Both the position numbers and the translations under genes were made by a program. The notes under the pieces were generated by a model. That model was not told where the DNA came from and did not search any database. It saw only the letters and a list, made by a program, of their open reading frames with translations. A stretch of DNA of 64,000 nt from an uncultured Gemmatimonadales bacterium (GTDB lineage: Bacteria > Gemmatimonadota > Gemmatimonadetes > Gemmatimonadales > GWC2-71-9), in assembly GCA_963795085.1 (NCBI GenBank), contig CAWCFX010000001.1, forward strand, positions 768,001 through 832,000, given 5' to 3'. Below, in pieces: positions 26,894-37,264 of the stretch (position 1 is its first letter; each line of letters starts with the position of its first letter).

Positions 26894-29703
26894 GGCTCCT
26901 CCGTCAGCGCCGCGAGGCGGGCGCGGGCTTCCCTCACCCGGGGCTGCACATCCCGGTCGCCGTTCTTCCAGAGGTCAATGAACCGGCCATAGAACTCGCG
27001 GGCCTGCTCCCGGTCTCCCCGCTGCTCGTGCAGCTCGGCGAGGCGGAGGAGCGCGGGGGGGAGGACCAGCCCGTCGGTGTAAGCCCGGTTGGCGTGAGGC
27101 ATTTCCATGTAGGCGCGATACGCCCCGATCGCGGAGTCCGTCTGGCCGGCCCGGTCCCAGATCCAGGCGCGCTCTATTGTCTGGCAGGTGGGACAGAAGG
27201 GATCCCGGATCCGGGCGTTGTGGGCCAGGGCGGCGTCGAACCGCCGCTCCTGCATGGCGATCAGGGCCAGCACCGATTGATAGAACGCACCCTCCCGCCG
27301 TTGGAGATCGCGGGGAATCCGTTCGAACCCGCTGAGTTGAAGCCGGGCCTTGGTGACTTCGCCGGCCAGGGCGTACAGGAACCCGGCCTCGAGATAGGGG
27401 CGATCCAGGATATCCACGCTGTCGGGCGGCTGCTCCCGGAGCGCGCCATCCATCAGGGCGACCGCCCGTTCCGGGTGGCCCGTCGACACCAGGCCCATCG
27501 CCTCGTTGAAAATCTGGTCGTACCACGATTCGAGGTCGTCTAGCGCCAGCGCTTCGCGGCGGGCCGCCTGGAATTGTCGCTGGCTCAGGGCCAGGGCCCC
27601 GCGCTGGAACGCGAGGGTACCGGCGGCTTCAGCGGTGTTCAGGCGGGACCGCGCGTTATCCCGGTATTGGACAGCCATGGCGGTGACGACGCTCTCCGCC
27701 GCCAGGTGGCCGTGGAGGGCATATTGGGTCTGGACATCCTGCCAATCCATCGATTCGACGTTCCTGAAGCGGACCCGGATTCCCCGGAGCAGGCTGTCCG
27801 CGGCGGCCGCCCGCCCCTGGTTGATCAGCACCTCCGACAGGTTTCCGAAGGCGGAGAACCGGAGTGTATCAATGGCGAGAGCACGCCGGAGCAGGGAATC
27901 CGCCGCCGGATACCGGCCGTGCCGCGTATGAATCAGCGCCAGGTTATTCATGGCGCGCCAGTCGAGGGAGTCGGTCTCGAGGATGCCCCGGTAGGCGGCG
28001 GCGGCGCGGTCGTCCTCGAAGGTGACTGCGCTGTAGAACGAAGCCTCCGTCCAGAGCCGCTCCTGGCCCGAGAGCCGCTGGCGGTGCCGGAATGCCTCGG
28101 TCAGGGCGGCGACCGCCTCGGGCCGGCGGCCTTCGTTGGACCAGGTGATGCCGATTTTCCGCCAGGCCATCGCGAACCCCGAGTCGAGCGCGACGGCTTC
28201 CTCGAGCAAGGTCAACCCCCGCGGCAGGTCGCGCGCGATATCAATCGCGCTCAGCCCCAGCGAGTATTTCCGGAGCGCTTCCAGCGATCCGGTGGTGACC
28301 CGCTCGAGCGGGGGTGTGGCCGCGATGCTGCGGAGCGACTCGCCGATCTTCCGGCGCAGATCCCGGCTCAACCGCCCGAGTGCCTCGAGCAGATGGTCCG
28401 CGCTGGCGGCGTTCTGCCGGACCGCCACCAGTTCCCCCGGCTCGCCCGGCGCGATGACCCGGGCCGTGAGCAGGTACCCTGTCCCGACCGGACTGACCTC
28501 GGCGATCACCACCGCCTTGATGCCTTCCCGCTGGGCGATCTCCCGGCTCAGGGCTTCGTCGAGCACGGTGCCGGCCGGCTGCCGGGCCCGGGACAACGCG
28601 GCCTGGATCTCCTGGTCACTCACCATTCGGAGGACGTCCGACTGGGTGAGATCCACCCGGAGCGCCTGGGTGAGGGCGATCCCGAGGGTGGGGTCGGTGG
28701 TCTGGTTCAGCACGGCGGCCACCAGGATCCGGTCCTGATCTTTGAACAGCCCGCGCGAAACCAGGGAGCGGCGGGGCCAGAACCCGGTGGCTACCGATGT
28801 CACCAGCAGTAGCAACAGGAGGGCCCCGGTGGTGATCATGCGCCGTCGCAGGCGCGAAGAGGTGGCCGCCGGTCCCAGTGCCTCGAGCGTGGTGCGCACG
28901 GCGAAGGCAGTCGGCCGGCGGGCGGGATCCTTGGCCAGGCAGAACATGACGAGCTGGGAGAGCTGGTGCGGGGTGGACGGCTTGACTCGCTCGAGCGGAG
29001 TCGGCGTTTCCGCGATATGGGCCGCGATCAGCCCCTGCGGCGTTGGCCGGGTGAAGACGGGGCTGCCCGCCAGCATCTCGTAACCCACGGCGCCGAGGGC
29101 ATAGAGGTCGGCCCGCTGGTCGAGCCGGGTGTCCCCGGCGGCCTGCTCCGGCGCCATGTAGGCCGGGGTCCCGATCACCATCCCCTCGGTAGTGGCCTGT
29201 GGCGCGGCGTCATGCCGGGCCGTGGCCAACGCCTTGGCGATTCCGAAATCGGTGACCACCGCGTGGTTACCGGAGAGCAGGATGTTCTCGGGCTTGATGT
29301 CCCGGTGCACGACGCCCTTGCTGTGAGCGTGTTCCAGCGCGTCGGCCACGTCGCGCAGCAGCCGGGCGGCCTGCCCCGGCGCCATCGCCCCCTCCCGCTC
29401 GAGCAGGGCCCGCAGGCTCTGCCCCTCGACGTGCGGCATGCTGTACCAGAGCACGCCACCGGCCTCTCCGCTGGCGAGGACCGGGACGATGTGGGGGTGC
29501 TGGAGTGAGGCGGCGAGCTGGATTTCGCGGCGGAAGCGCTCGGCGCTGACCGCCGCGGCGATCTCGGGTGGAAGCGCCTTGATGACGACCTTGCGGCCCA
29601 ACGCGCGTTCCTCCGCCAGGAACACCCGGCTCATGCCTCCGCCGCCGAGTTCCCGCTCGACGAGGTAGGCCTCCCCCAGGGCCGAGCGAAGGTGCTCAAT
29701 CAA
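26890..29703 (-). CDS. Ser/Thr protein kinase with TM segment and TPR-like region
   Basis: GGGGMS, VVIK, HRDIKPEN, DFG, YMAPE; 4-bp overlap with the next kinase. Confidence 0.92.
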   Translation of the reverse strand: MIEHLRSALGEAYLVERELGGGGMSRVFLAEERALGRKVVIKALPPEIAAAVSAERFRREIQLAASLQHPHIVPVLASGEAGGVLWYSMPHVEGQSLRALLEREGAMAPGQAARLLRDVADALEHAHSKGVVHRDIKPENILLSGNHAVVTDFGIAKALATARHDAAPQATTEGMVIGTPAYMAPEQAAGDTRLDQRADLYALGAVGYEMLAGSPVFTRPTPQGLIAAHIAETPTPLERVKPSTPHQLSQLVMFCLAKDPARRPTAFAVRTTLEALGPAATSSRLRRRMITTGALLLLLLVTSVATGFWPRRSLVSRGLFKDQDRILVAAVLNQTTDPTLGIALTQALRVDLTQSDVLRMVSDQEIQAALSRARQPAGTVLDEALSREIAQREGIKAVVIAEVSPVGTGYLLTARVIAPGEPGELVAVRQNAASADHLLEALGRLSRDLRRKIGESLRSIAATPPLERVTTGSLEALRKYSLGLSAIDIARDLPRGLTLLEEAVALDSGFAMAWRKIGITWSNEGRRPEAVAALTEAFRHRQRLSGQERLWTEASFYSAVTFEDDRAAAAYRGILETDSLDWRAMNNLALIHTRHGRYPAADSLLRRALAIDTLRFSAFGNLSEVLINQGRAAAADSLLRGIRVRFRNVESMDWQDVQTQYALHGHLAAESVVTAMAVQYRDNARSRLNTAEAAGTLAFQRGALALSQRQFQAARREALALDDLESWYDQIFNEAMGLVSTGHPERAVALMDGALREQPPDSVDILDRPYLEAGFLYALAGEVTKARLQLSGFERIPRDLQRREGAFYQSVLALIAMQERRFDAALAHNARIRDPFCPTCQTIERAWIWDRAGQTDSAIGAYRAYMEMPHANRAYTDGLVLPPALLRLAELHEQRGDREQAREFYGRFIDLWKNGDRDVQPRVREARARLAALTEEP

Positions 29704-29751
29704 GAGCGTTCAGCTTTCAATCCAGTCTGCGGTGGAAGCGGCGGCCTGAAA

Positions 29752-30141
29752 TCATGTTCCCGGCAGGGTCACGGAACAGGTGGTGAGAAATCCCCCGCGG
29801 ACGTTGTACACGGTGGAGACCGTGAGCCGGGACGGCTCCAGCACCCGGTAGAGATCCTCGGCGATCCGCGCCGTGACGTGCTCCTGGAAGATGCCGACAT
29901 TGCGGTAGCTGGTCACGTAGTACTTGAGGCTCTTGAGTTCGATGCAGCGGTTACCCGGCACGTACGTGATGGTCAGGCGGGCGTAGTCGGGGAGCCCGCT
30001 GTAGGGGCACACGGCGCTGAACTCGCTGGTCTCGGTGACAATTTCCTGTGCCGGCCCCGAATATCCGAAGGTCTCCAGGACCCCGATGTCGATGGCCTCG
30101 GGGCCCACAAATGGGAGAGTCCTTCCTTCTGCGATCGCCAT
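29752..30141 (-). CDS. queF: NADPH-dependent preQ0 reductase, short unimodular type
   Basis: EFSAVCPYSGLPD, ELKSLKYY, FQEH, VRGG. Confidence 0.93.
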   Translation of the reverse strand: MAIAEGRTLPFVGPEAIDIGVLETFGYSGPAQEIVTETSEFSAVCPYSGLPDYARLTITYVPGNRCIELKSLKYYVTSYRNVGIFQEHVTARIAEDLYRVLEPSRLTVSTVYNVRGGFLTTCSVTLPGT

Positions 30142-30261
30142 ATGCCGTTCCTGGGAAGTTGCTGGAATCTAGAAGGGTCCCGCAGGCGGGGGAATGTGCG
30201 GATGTCGTCTTCCCGCCGCCGTTTCCGATTGGGGAGTACCTCTTCCACCACTGGAGCCGCC

Positions 30262-31287
30262 ATGGGACGCCTTTTCCTGCGAGTGCTTGCCGCCGCTACC
30301 ATCCTTGCCGGGTGCCAGCCGGACCGGGATCCGGCTGGCCCGGAGCCGGCGGCCGGCGTGGCGGCCCTGGGGCCCTCCGGGGCCTACACCCGGGTGCGGC
30401 TGCCCCTGCAGGATGCCTGGGCCGTCAATGACCGGGGCACCATCGTCGGCTATGTGAAGGGTGTCGGCGCCTGGTGGTCCAATGGCCAGCGGCGGGTGCT
30501 GCCGTCGCCTGCGGCTCCCTATTCCAGCTACTACGCGGGCAATGTCAGCGAGGATGACCGGATGGTCGGCGCCAGCTACTACGCCGGGAAGTACCGGGCG
30601 CTCTACTGGGCCGCGCCAACCTTCGCCCCGATCGACCTGGGTCACCTGGGAAGCGGCAGCGCCCAGGCCCTGGATGTGAACAGCAGCGGAGTCGTGGTCG
30701 GGGTATCCCGGGCGCCCTATGCGGGCGACGAGTGGCATGCCGTGCGGTGGCAAAAAGGCGGTGCGCTGGTCGATATCCACCCGCCCGGCTACCTGACCAG
30801 CACCGCGCTGCGGATCAATGACAACGGCGTCATCGTCGGGTTTGCGGACATGGCGACGCCGGGATATCACCGCGACGCGATCCGCTGGGAGCCGAACGGG
30901 ACCATCACCGTGATCCAGGCGACGACATCGGGCATCAGTTCCGGCGCCTATGGGCTCAACGCGATGGGCGACGCGTCGGGGCAGAACCCGAGCTTTGGGC
31001 CCACCATCTGGTTCAGCGACGGGACAACCCGGTTCTTTCCCAGCTCCCTGGGGGCGCAGTCGGCCCGGGGCGTGAACGGCAAGTACCGCATGGTGGGTTA
31101 CTACCAGGATCCCAACAACCAGATCAAGCCCTGGACGTCGGTCAAGGGCGTGGAGATGACCCTGCCGGTGGCCGCCAATGAGAGCGGTTCCGCGGCGGAC
31201 GTCAATGAATGCGGATGGATCGTGGGATGGTCCTACTTTGGTGCCACCATGACCGGGACCCTGTGGCAGCCGGCCGCCTGCGACTAG
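30262..31287 (+). CDS. Lipoprotein with about seven HAF-like extracellular repeats (probable beta-propeller)
   Basis: LAGC lipobox; repeated A-x-x-(V/I/L)-N-x-x-G-x-(I/V)-V-G units. Confidence 0.8.
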   Translation: MGRLFLRVLAAATILAGCQPDRDPAGPEPAAGVAALGPSGAYTRVRLPLQDAWAVNDRGTIVGYVKGVGAWWSNGQRRVLPSPAAPYSSYYAGNVSEDDRMVGASYYAGKYRALYWAAPTFAPIDLGHLGSGSAQALDVNSSGVVVGVSRAPYAGDEWHAVRWQKGGALVDIHPPGYLTSTALRINDNGVIVGFADMATPGYHRDAIRWEPNGTITVIQATTSGISSGAYGLNAMGDASGQNPSFGPTIWFSDGTTRFFPSSLGAQSARGVNGKYRMVGYYQDPNNQIKPWTSVKGVEMTLPVAANESGSAADVNECGWIVGWSYFGATMTGTLWQPAACD

Positions 31288-31353
31288 CGGGGGAGGCGCG
31301 CCTTGGCAACTAACAGCGGGCGGGCGCGTGGCGCCGGCCCGCTGCGGCTGGCG

Positions 31354-33216
31354 CTAGGGCACGAGCCCCTGCTCCAACCAGGTAAACTCGTCCTTGATCA
31401 CACCCTGCGCAACGGCGTAGGTCGCCACGTCGTCATTGTCGAAGATGTGGGCAAAGCGATCCTCCACACGGCGCCGAGCGTGGCGGGAGAACAGGTCCGC
31501 CAGCTGTACCGCGTTGGCGCCACCGTCGGCTGGCGGGCTCTTCTTCCCCTCCGCCATCTGGTGGGCCCGGCTGCACGCCGCCGCAATCGCCAGCAGTTCG
31601 GCGCCGATTTCCACCAGGCGGCCGAGCACCATTTGACGCTTCTCGAGCCGGGGCCCGAACCGGAGCATGCTGTGGAAGAGGGTGCGGGCCAGCCGGCGTG
31701 ACGTCCGGCTGACGAACCGCATGTGGGTGGCCAGGGAGCCAAACTCCCCGTAGCGGGGCCAGCGCCCCCAGCCCAGCCACAGCCGGGGATACCAGGTCGC
31801 GTAGAACGCGGCGGCCTTCACCAGCGGCCCGGCCAGCTTGCTGAGCGGGGTGGCCGGGTCGATCAGGGCGCCCGCTACTTTCATGTGAGTGTCCACCGCC
31901 TCCCGGGCGATGAAGAGCCGCATGATCTCGCTGGAGCCTTCGAAGATCAGGTTGATCCGGAAATCCCGCATCATCCGCTCGATCGGGTCGGGGGCCTCGC
32001 CCCGGGACCGCAGGCTGTCCGCAGTCTCGTACCCGCGTCCTCCCTTGATCTGCAGGCCGTCGTCCACAATCCGCCAGCCCATCTCGGTGTTCCACATCTT
32101 GGCCATCGCCGCTTCCAGGCGGATGTCGGTGCCGCCCCGGTCCGCCATCAGCGAGGCGAGGTCGGAGACGGCCTCCATCGCGAAGGTGTCCGCGGCCATC
32201 CGGCCCAGCTTGTTGGCGATGGCATCGTGCTTGCCGATGGGCGCGCCCCACTGGACCCGGGTGGCCGCCCAGCGCCGGCAGATTTCCAGCATCCGCTTGG
32301 ACCCGGCGACCGCGGAGGCGGGCAGGGTCAGCCGCCCGGTGTTCAGGGTGACCAGCGCGAGCTTGAGTCCCTTGCCCTCGCCCCAGAGAAGGTTCTCGAC
32401 CGGGACCTTCACATTGGTGAACCGGATGATACCGTTCTCCAGCGCGCGGAGCCCCATGAAGTGAAGCCGCTGGACCACCTCCACGCCGGGCCATTCCACC
32501 TCGACGATAAAGGCGGAGATCTTCCTGCCGGTCCGCGCCATCACCACCATGAGATCGGCGATGGTGCCGTTGGTGCACCACAGCTTCTCGCCGTTCAGGA
32601 TGTAGTGGGTGCCGTCGGCCGACAGTTCGGCGGTGGTGGTCAATCCGGCGGGGTCGGAGCCGACGCCGTTTTCCGTGAGGGCGAAGGCCGAGATGGCGCC
32701 CTTCGCGAGGCGGGGGAAGTACTTCTTCTTCTGTTCCGGGGTGCCGAAGAGCTTGAGCGGCGTGGGGACGCCAATTGACTGGGCGGCGGAGAGCAGGGCC
32801 GTCAGGTTGCCGTCCTGGCTGGTCACCAGCGCGATGGCGTGGGTATAGCTGTACTGGCTCAGGCCCAGGCCGCCGTATTCCGTGGGAATCTTGATGCCGA
32901 AGGCGCCCATCTCCCGTAGCCCCTGGACCACCTCCGGCGGGATCCGGCCTTCCCGGTCAATCGCATCGCTATCCACGCCCTGCATGAAGCGCTCCAGCTT
33001 TTCCATGAACGGGCGGGCGCGTTCCAGGTCTGCGGGGTCGGGCCGGGGGAACGGATGCACCAGGTCCAGCCGGAAATTCCCCTCGAAGAGCTCCCGCACA
33101 AAGCTGGGGGCCTCCCAGTCCGTCTCCCGGGCGGCTTCGGCGACTTCGCGGGCCTCCTTCTCGGTCGCGAGGCCGCTCGGCGGTGTCGGCGGCCGTTTCG
33201 TCATCAGGTCAGTCAT
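31354..33216 (-). CDS. Acyl-CoA dehydrogenase, long VLCAD-like type
   Basis: [42 protein letters not shown]. Confidence 0.93.
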   Translation of the reverse strand: MTDLMTKRPPTPPSGLATEKEAREVAEAARETDWEAPSFVRELFEGNFRLDLVHPFPRPDPADLERARPFMEKLERFMQGVDSDAIDREGRIPPEVVQGLREMGAFGIKIPTEYGGLGLSQYSYTHAIALVTSQDGNLTALLSAAQSIGVPTPLKLFGTPEQKKKYFPRLAKGAISAFALTENGVGSDPAGLTTTAELSADGTHYILNGEKLWCTNGTIADLMVVMARTGRKISAFIVEVEWPGVEVVQRLHFMGLRALENGIIRFTNVKVPVENLLWGEGKGLKLALVTLNTGRLTLPASAVAGSKRMLEICRRWAATRVQWGAPIGKHDAIANKLGRMAADTFAMEAVSDLASLMADRGGTDIRLEAAMAKMWNTEMGWRIVDDGLQIKGGRGYETADSLRSRGEAPDPIERMMRDFRINLIFEGSSEIMRLFIAREAVDTHMKVAGALIDPATPLSKLAGPLVKAAAFYATWYPRLWLGWGRWPRYGEFGSLATHMRFVSRTSRRLARTLFHSMLRFGPRLEKRQMVLGRLVEIGAELLAIAAACSRAHQMAEGKKSPPADGGANAVQLADLFSRHARRRVEDRFAHIFDNDDVATYAVAQGVIKDEFTWLEQGLVP

Positions 33217-33343
33217 GGACGGCTCAGGGTGGAAAGTTGGTACTGAGTTCTGGCGTTGTTAGCAGGCGCACCGCCCACCTGGTGATCCCAATGCACCCTT
33301 CCGGGCAACCCTCCGTGGACTCCGTGCTTTCGTGGTGAACTGC

Positions 33344-34024
33344 TCAAGGTTCATTCGGCACTGGAATGCGTCCCTGGACGCCCCGAAGTACGAGGTCAAC
33401 CACGTGTTGTTTCCGCTGCTCGCGAAAGGTGTCGTCCGCCGCGTTGAATCCGAGCGCGGGCATGACCGTGCGGGCGTGTACGGCCGGGAACCAGCAGAGT
33501 CCAATGATGCTCAACACGAGGTGCGCCGCTTCGACCCCCTGCGTCGTGTCGAGGCCCAGCTCTTCGGAGATGGCGGAGACCGCCTCGGCGGCGATGGTGG
33601 CGCTGGGGAGGCGCTGGAGCTGTTCGGCCCCGCTCAGGGCCTCCCGCTCCATCAGCCGGACGAAGTTGGGGTTGGCCATGATAAAATCGAAGTACTCCGC
33701 TACCGCGCCGGCCAGCACCACCTCGGACGGCTCCTGGCTGGCGAGGGCCCGATCGCGGCCGCTCCGAATCGCAGCACGCACCCGGCCGAAACAGCGTTCG
33801 AGCACCGCGTGGTAAAGCAAATCCTTGCTGCCGAAAAAATATCCCGGGGTGGCCCGGGAAACGCCGGCGGCGGCGCCGACCTGGTTGAGGCTGGTGCCCT
33901 CGTACCCCTGCTCCGCGAACAGCAGCTCGGCCGCGTTGAGGATGGCCTCGCGCGATCGGGCGGCATTTCGCTCTTTGTCGTTGCCGTGCCGGGTGCTGGT
34001 TACCATAGAGTTGGCCGGAGACAT
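33344..34024 (-). CDS. TetR/AcrR transcriptional regulator
   Basis: REAILNAAELLFAEQGYEGTSLNQVGAAAGVSRATPGYFFGSK; start uncertain. Confidence 0.9.
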   Translation of the reverse strand: MSPANSMVTSTRHGNDKERNAARSREAILNAAELLFAEQGYEGTSLNQVGAAAGVSRATPGYFFGSKDLLYHAVLERCFGRVRAAIRSGRDRALASQEPSEVVLAGAVAEYFDFIMANPNFVRLMEREALSGAEQLQRLPSATIAAEAVSAISEELGLDTTQGVEAAHLVLSIIGLCWFPAVHARTVMPALGFNAADDTFREQRKQHVVDLVLRGVQGRIPVPNEP

Positions 34025-34158
34025 GAACCATCCTTGCTTGCCGGCCAGCAAGTTAGCCTTGGGCTCGGCCACGTCAAGAGGCGGTGGCTCCTCCGGCCAG
34101 ATTGACCCGCCGGCCGAGCCCCCGTACCGTGGGGCACCGTCCATCACGGAGCCGTCTC

Positions 34159-34770
34159 ATGACCGCCCGCGCCCTCCTCGTTCTTGGCCTGCTGCTGATC
34201 CCGGACCTGGCCCCCGCCGGGCTATTCGCCCAGACGCCCGCCGCACCCCCGCCGCGGACCGGGGACGAACTCCAGGCCAGCTTCCTCGCTCACAGGAACG
34301 AGTTCGACTACCTCCTCGGCGACTGGGAGTTCACCAGCCAGAGCCAGCAGTACGGGAGGGGCCAGGGACTCTGGTCCGCGGTCCGGCTGGCCGAAGGCCA
34401 GATACTGGACGAGTACCGGGTGATGGGAGACAGCGGCGAGACGTACTACGTCACCACTACCCTGCGTAACTACAACGGGGCGCTCGACCGCTGGGAGCTC
34501 ACCGGCGCCGACGCCGGCCGCGGCCTGCTCGACACGGGAACGGGCCGCAAGGTCGGCGACGAAATCCATATCGAGCAGCACTTCGGCGTGGGCGGCCCGG
34601 AACCGTCGCTCTGGCGGATCCGCTACTACGACATCCGGCCCGATCGCTTCTCCTGGACCGGCGACCGCTCCACCGACGAGGGCCGCACCTGGATCCGGCA
34701 GTATCTCATCATCGAGGCCCGGCGGATCGGACCCGCGCGCGTGATGGAGCCGCTGACGGCAGGACGGTAG
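34159..34770 (+). CDS. Exported hypothetical protein (DUF1579-like beta-barrel)
   Basis: Signal peptide, FDYLLGDWEF, FSWTGDRSTDEGRTW. Confidence 0.65.
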   Translation: MTARALLVLGLLLIPDLAPAGLFAQTPAAPPPRTGDELQASFLAHRNEFDYLLGDWEFTSQSQQYGRGQGLWSAVRLAEGQILDEYRVMGDSGETYYVTTTLRNYNGALDRWELTGADAGRGLLDTGTGRKVGDEIHIEQHFGVGGPEPSLWRIRYYDIRPDRFSWTGDRSTDEGRTWIRQYLIIEARRIGPARVMEPLTAGR

Positions 34771-34817
34771 GATGGTGGGACGGTAAGGCGGTAGGATGGT
34801 AAGAGCGGCAGGATGGT
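34761..34817 (+). repeat. 8-mer array (AGGAYGGT) x7 containing the stop codon of the upstream gene
   Basis: AGGACGGT AGGATGGT GGGACGGT AAGGCGGT AGGATGGT AAGAGCGGC AGGATGGT; same family as 2460-2488. Confidence 0.85.
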
Positions 34818-34880
34818 ATGACGTTGGTTCCCTGGGCCATACCTATGCGCGGTACGCCACACCCCAGTGCGTCCCGCACT

Positions 34881-36131
34881 CTAGCGAAACGTGCCGGGAC
34901 TCACCTCGTAGGTCAGGTGGTACGCGCCGGCTTCATCTTCCGGGGCCCAGAAGCCCAGTTGCTCAGTCCACCGGGTCCGGGAGAGCCGGCGGCCGGCGAG
35001 GCTCAGGAAGCCGGCCGCCCGCCCGGTGATCACCCCCAGCTTGCGGAGGTCGGTGAGGCCGCGGGGCCGGTGAGACCGCCGCTCCTCCGTTATGCGCCGC
35101 GCGGTGGCGGGGCCGATGCCGGGGACCCGGGCCAGTTCCTCTCGGGAAGCCCGGGTAATCTCGACCGGAAACCGCTCCGGATGCGCCAGGGCCCAGGCCG
35201 CCTTGGGATCGAGCCCGAGCGGCAGATCGTCGCTCTCTCCGTAGGCGACTTCGTCGGCGGTAAAACCGTAGTCGGTCAGCAGGTGGGAGACCTGGTAGAG
35301 GCGGTGCTCACGCAGCGCCGGCGTGGCGGGCATGGATTCCAACGGGGTCCGCGCAATCGGCCGGAATGCGCTGAAATGGGGATGGTGCACGCCGCCCCCC
35401 CGAGAAAGGCTCGCCACGGTGTTGATCAGGGTGCGGTCGCTGTCCGGGGTGGCGCCCACTACGAACTGCATGGTGATCCCCGAGGCCCCGCCCGGCCGGA
35501 GCAGGTTCACCGGGCGACCCTCGGCCCGGCCCTCCCGCTCGCGCACCACCAACTGGCGCACCATTTCGAAGTTGTCCCGGGTGATGGTCCAGTTTTTCTC
35601 CGGGGCGATCGGCGCCAGGGTCGCCCCGCAGGGAGTCTCGAAGTTGACCGACACCCGGTTGGCGAGCGAGGTTACCTGTTCGATCTGGGCAGCATCGGCC
35701 CCCGGAACCAGCTTTACATGGATGTAGCCGGTGAACCGGTGACGATCCCGCAGCAGTTCCAGCGCGGTAATCAGGCCGTCCATGACCCGGACCGGCCGTC
35801 CCGGGATGCCGGTGGTGATGAACAGGCCGTCACACCACCCGCGGGCCCGCGCGGCGAGAAAAATCCGGACCAGCTCCTCCGGCTTGAGGAGGGTCCGGGG
35901 CATCTCGCGGTCCCGGCGCATCGGGCAGTAGTGGCAATTGAAGCTGCAGGCGTTGGTCATCAGAATGCGCAGCAGCCTGGTACGCCCGGCACCGGTGCGG
36001 AGATCCCGGATATTGATTGGGCCCAGGGCCCCCCGGGTATGCCGTAACCGGGGCGGCGGAGGGGCGCCGTCGCGATCGTCTACCGCGAGCGCCATCAGGA
36101 TGTCGAGTTTCTGGGCGAGCGTTTCCGGCAT
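34881..36131 (-). CDS. Putative DNA modification/repair radical SAM protein with HhH motif (TIGR03916-like)
   Basis: RILMTNACSFNCHYC, GYIHVKLVPG, LREHRLYQ, LDPKAAWAL..FPVEI, RVPGIGP. Confidence 0.85.
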   Translation of the reverse strand: MPETLAQKLDILMALAVDDRDGAPPPPRLRHTRGALGPINIRDLRTGAGRTRLLRILMTNACSFNCHYCPMRRDREMPRTLLKPEELVRIFLAARARGWCDGLFITTGIPGRPVRVMDGLITALELLRDRHRFTGYIHVKLVPGADAAQIEQVTSLANRVSVNFETPCGATLAPIAPEKNWTITRDNFEMVRQLVVREREGRAEGRPVNLLRPGGASGITMQFVVGATPDSDRTLINTVASLSRGGGVHHPHFSAFRPIARTPLESMPATPALREHRLYQVSHLLTDYGFTADEVAYGESDDLPLGLDPKAAWALAHPERFPVEITRASREELARVPGIGPATARRITEERRSHRPRGLTDLRKLGVITGRAAGFLSLAGRRLSRTRWTEQLGFWAPEDEAGAYHLTYEVSPGTFR

Positions 36132-36159
36132 GAGCCACCTTCGAGCAGATCCAGACAAC

Positions 36160-36188
36160 AGGGTAACCGAATAAACACCGAAAATCAA
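36160..36188 (-). promoter_or_regulatory. Candidate promoter with direct-repeat operator in the spacer
   Basis: Minus strand TTGATT-17-TACCCT; spacer is TTCGGT-GTTTA-TTCGGT. Confidence 0.5.
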
Positions 36189-36214
36189 TACTCACCTGCA
36201 CCCGGGTTTCCACC

Positions 36215-36721
36215 ATGGATTTTTCGCTTATCCTCCTCCGGCTGCTCCATATCGGTCTTGGGGTGTTCTGGGTCGGCGCTATCGTGTTCAACACGCTTTT
36301 CCTGGTCCCGGCGATTCGGGATGCCGGTCCCGACGGGGCCAAGGTTGCAGCTGGATTGATGAAACGCCGCTTCATGGACATAACCCCGGTGGTCGCCATC
36401 GTCACCATTATCTCCGGGCTTTGGCTCTATTGGAGGGCATCGGGTGGTTTCCAGCCGGCCTATGTGCACTCTCCCATGGGTGGCGCGCTGGCCGTGGGTG
36501 GGTTGCTGGCCATCGTGGGGTTTGCGGTGGGCATCGCTGTGATGCGGCCTTCGATGCTCAAGGCGGCCGCACTGGCCCGGGGAGCCGCGAGTTCGGCCGA
36601 CAAGGAATCGGTGATGGAGGAGGCGCAGCGGCTCCGGCTGCGGGCCCAGGGGGCGGGTAGGTGGGTGGCCGCACTGTTGAGCCTGAGCGTCGCGGCCATG
36701 GCCGTGGCGCGCTATCTCTGA
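36215..36721 (+). CDS. Four-TM membrane protein of unknown function
   Basis: LRLLHIGLGVFWVG, TIISGLWLY, four hydrophobic stretches. Confidence 0.75.
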   Translation: MDFSLILLRLLHIGLGVFWVGAIVFNTLFLVPAIRDAGPDGAKVAAGLMKRRFMDITPVVAIVTIISGLWLYWRASGGFQPAYVHSPMGGALAVGGLLAIVGFAVGIAVMRPSMLKAAALARGAASSADKESVMEEAQRLRLRAQGAGRWVAALLSLSVAAMAVARYL

Positions 36722-36739
36722 GCCAGCGGGCCAGACCTG

Positions 36740-37264
36740 GTGCCTGAACCGTGGCTTCGCGGGCCGCTCCCCGACGTGCCCCCCGCCCTGCAGCCGGCCG
36801 CCCACGCCCTGGTCGCATCAGGGGAGGAACTGGGCCTCCTGTTACCCGGCCTCGCCGCCGAAGAGATCTGGACCAGCCTCGACGGCGCCGCCACCATTGG
36901 TTTTCACCTGGTGCACCTGTCGGGGAGCACCGACCGCCTGCTCACCTACGCACGGGGCGAACCGCTGAGCGAACGGCAGCAAGGCGCTCTCGCCGCCGAG
37001 CGGGCACTGGCGGCGCCATACCCCGAGGTCGAGAGCTTGGTGCAGGAATGGAAAATGGTCGTGGACCGGGCCCTGGTTCAGTTGGCACGGACCCCAGCGG
37101 AGAGTCTGACGGCGCCGCGGTTCATTGGGCGCGCTCGGCTGCCATCAAACGTACTGGGCGTGCTCTTCCATGCGGCAGAGCACGCCCAGCGTCACACCGG
37201 CCAGGTGGTCACGACAGCGAAAATTCTTACCGGACGCCGACCGCCCCCCGCACCGACTCGATGA
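36740..37264 (+). CDS. DinB/YfiT-superfamily helical protein
   Basis: PEPWLRGP, GFHLVHLSGS, HAAEHAQRHTGQ. Confidence 0.8.
   Translation: MPEPWLRGPLPDVPPALQPAAHALVASGEELGLLLPGLAAEEIWTSLDGAATIGFHLVHLSGSTDRLLTYARGEPLSERQQGALAAERALAAPYPEVESLVQEWKMVVDRALVQLARTPAESLTAPRFIGRARLPSNVLGVLFHAAEHAQRHTGQVVTTAKILTGRRPPPAPTR

Noticed and set aside
30142..30261. preQ1 riboswitch upstream of queF
   Set aside because: No recognisable aptamer stem or A-rich tail seen; a covariance search was not run.
37227..37264. 38-bp convergent overlap of the DinB-family and amidohydrolase genes
   Set aside because: Short tail overlaps are common in GC-rich genomes.
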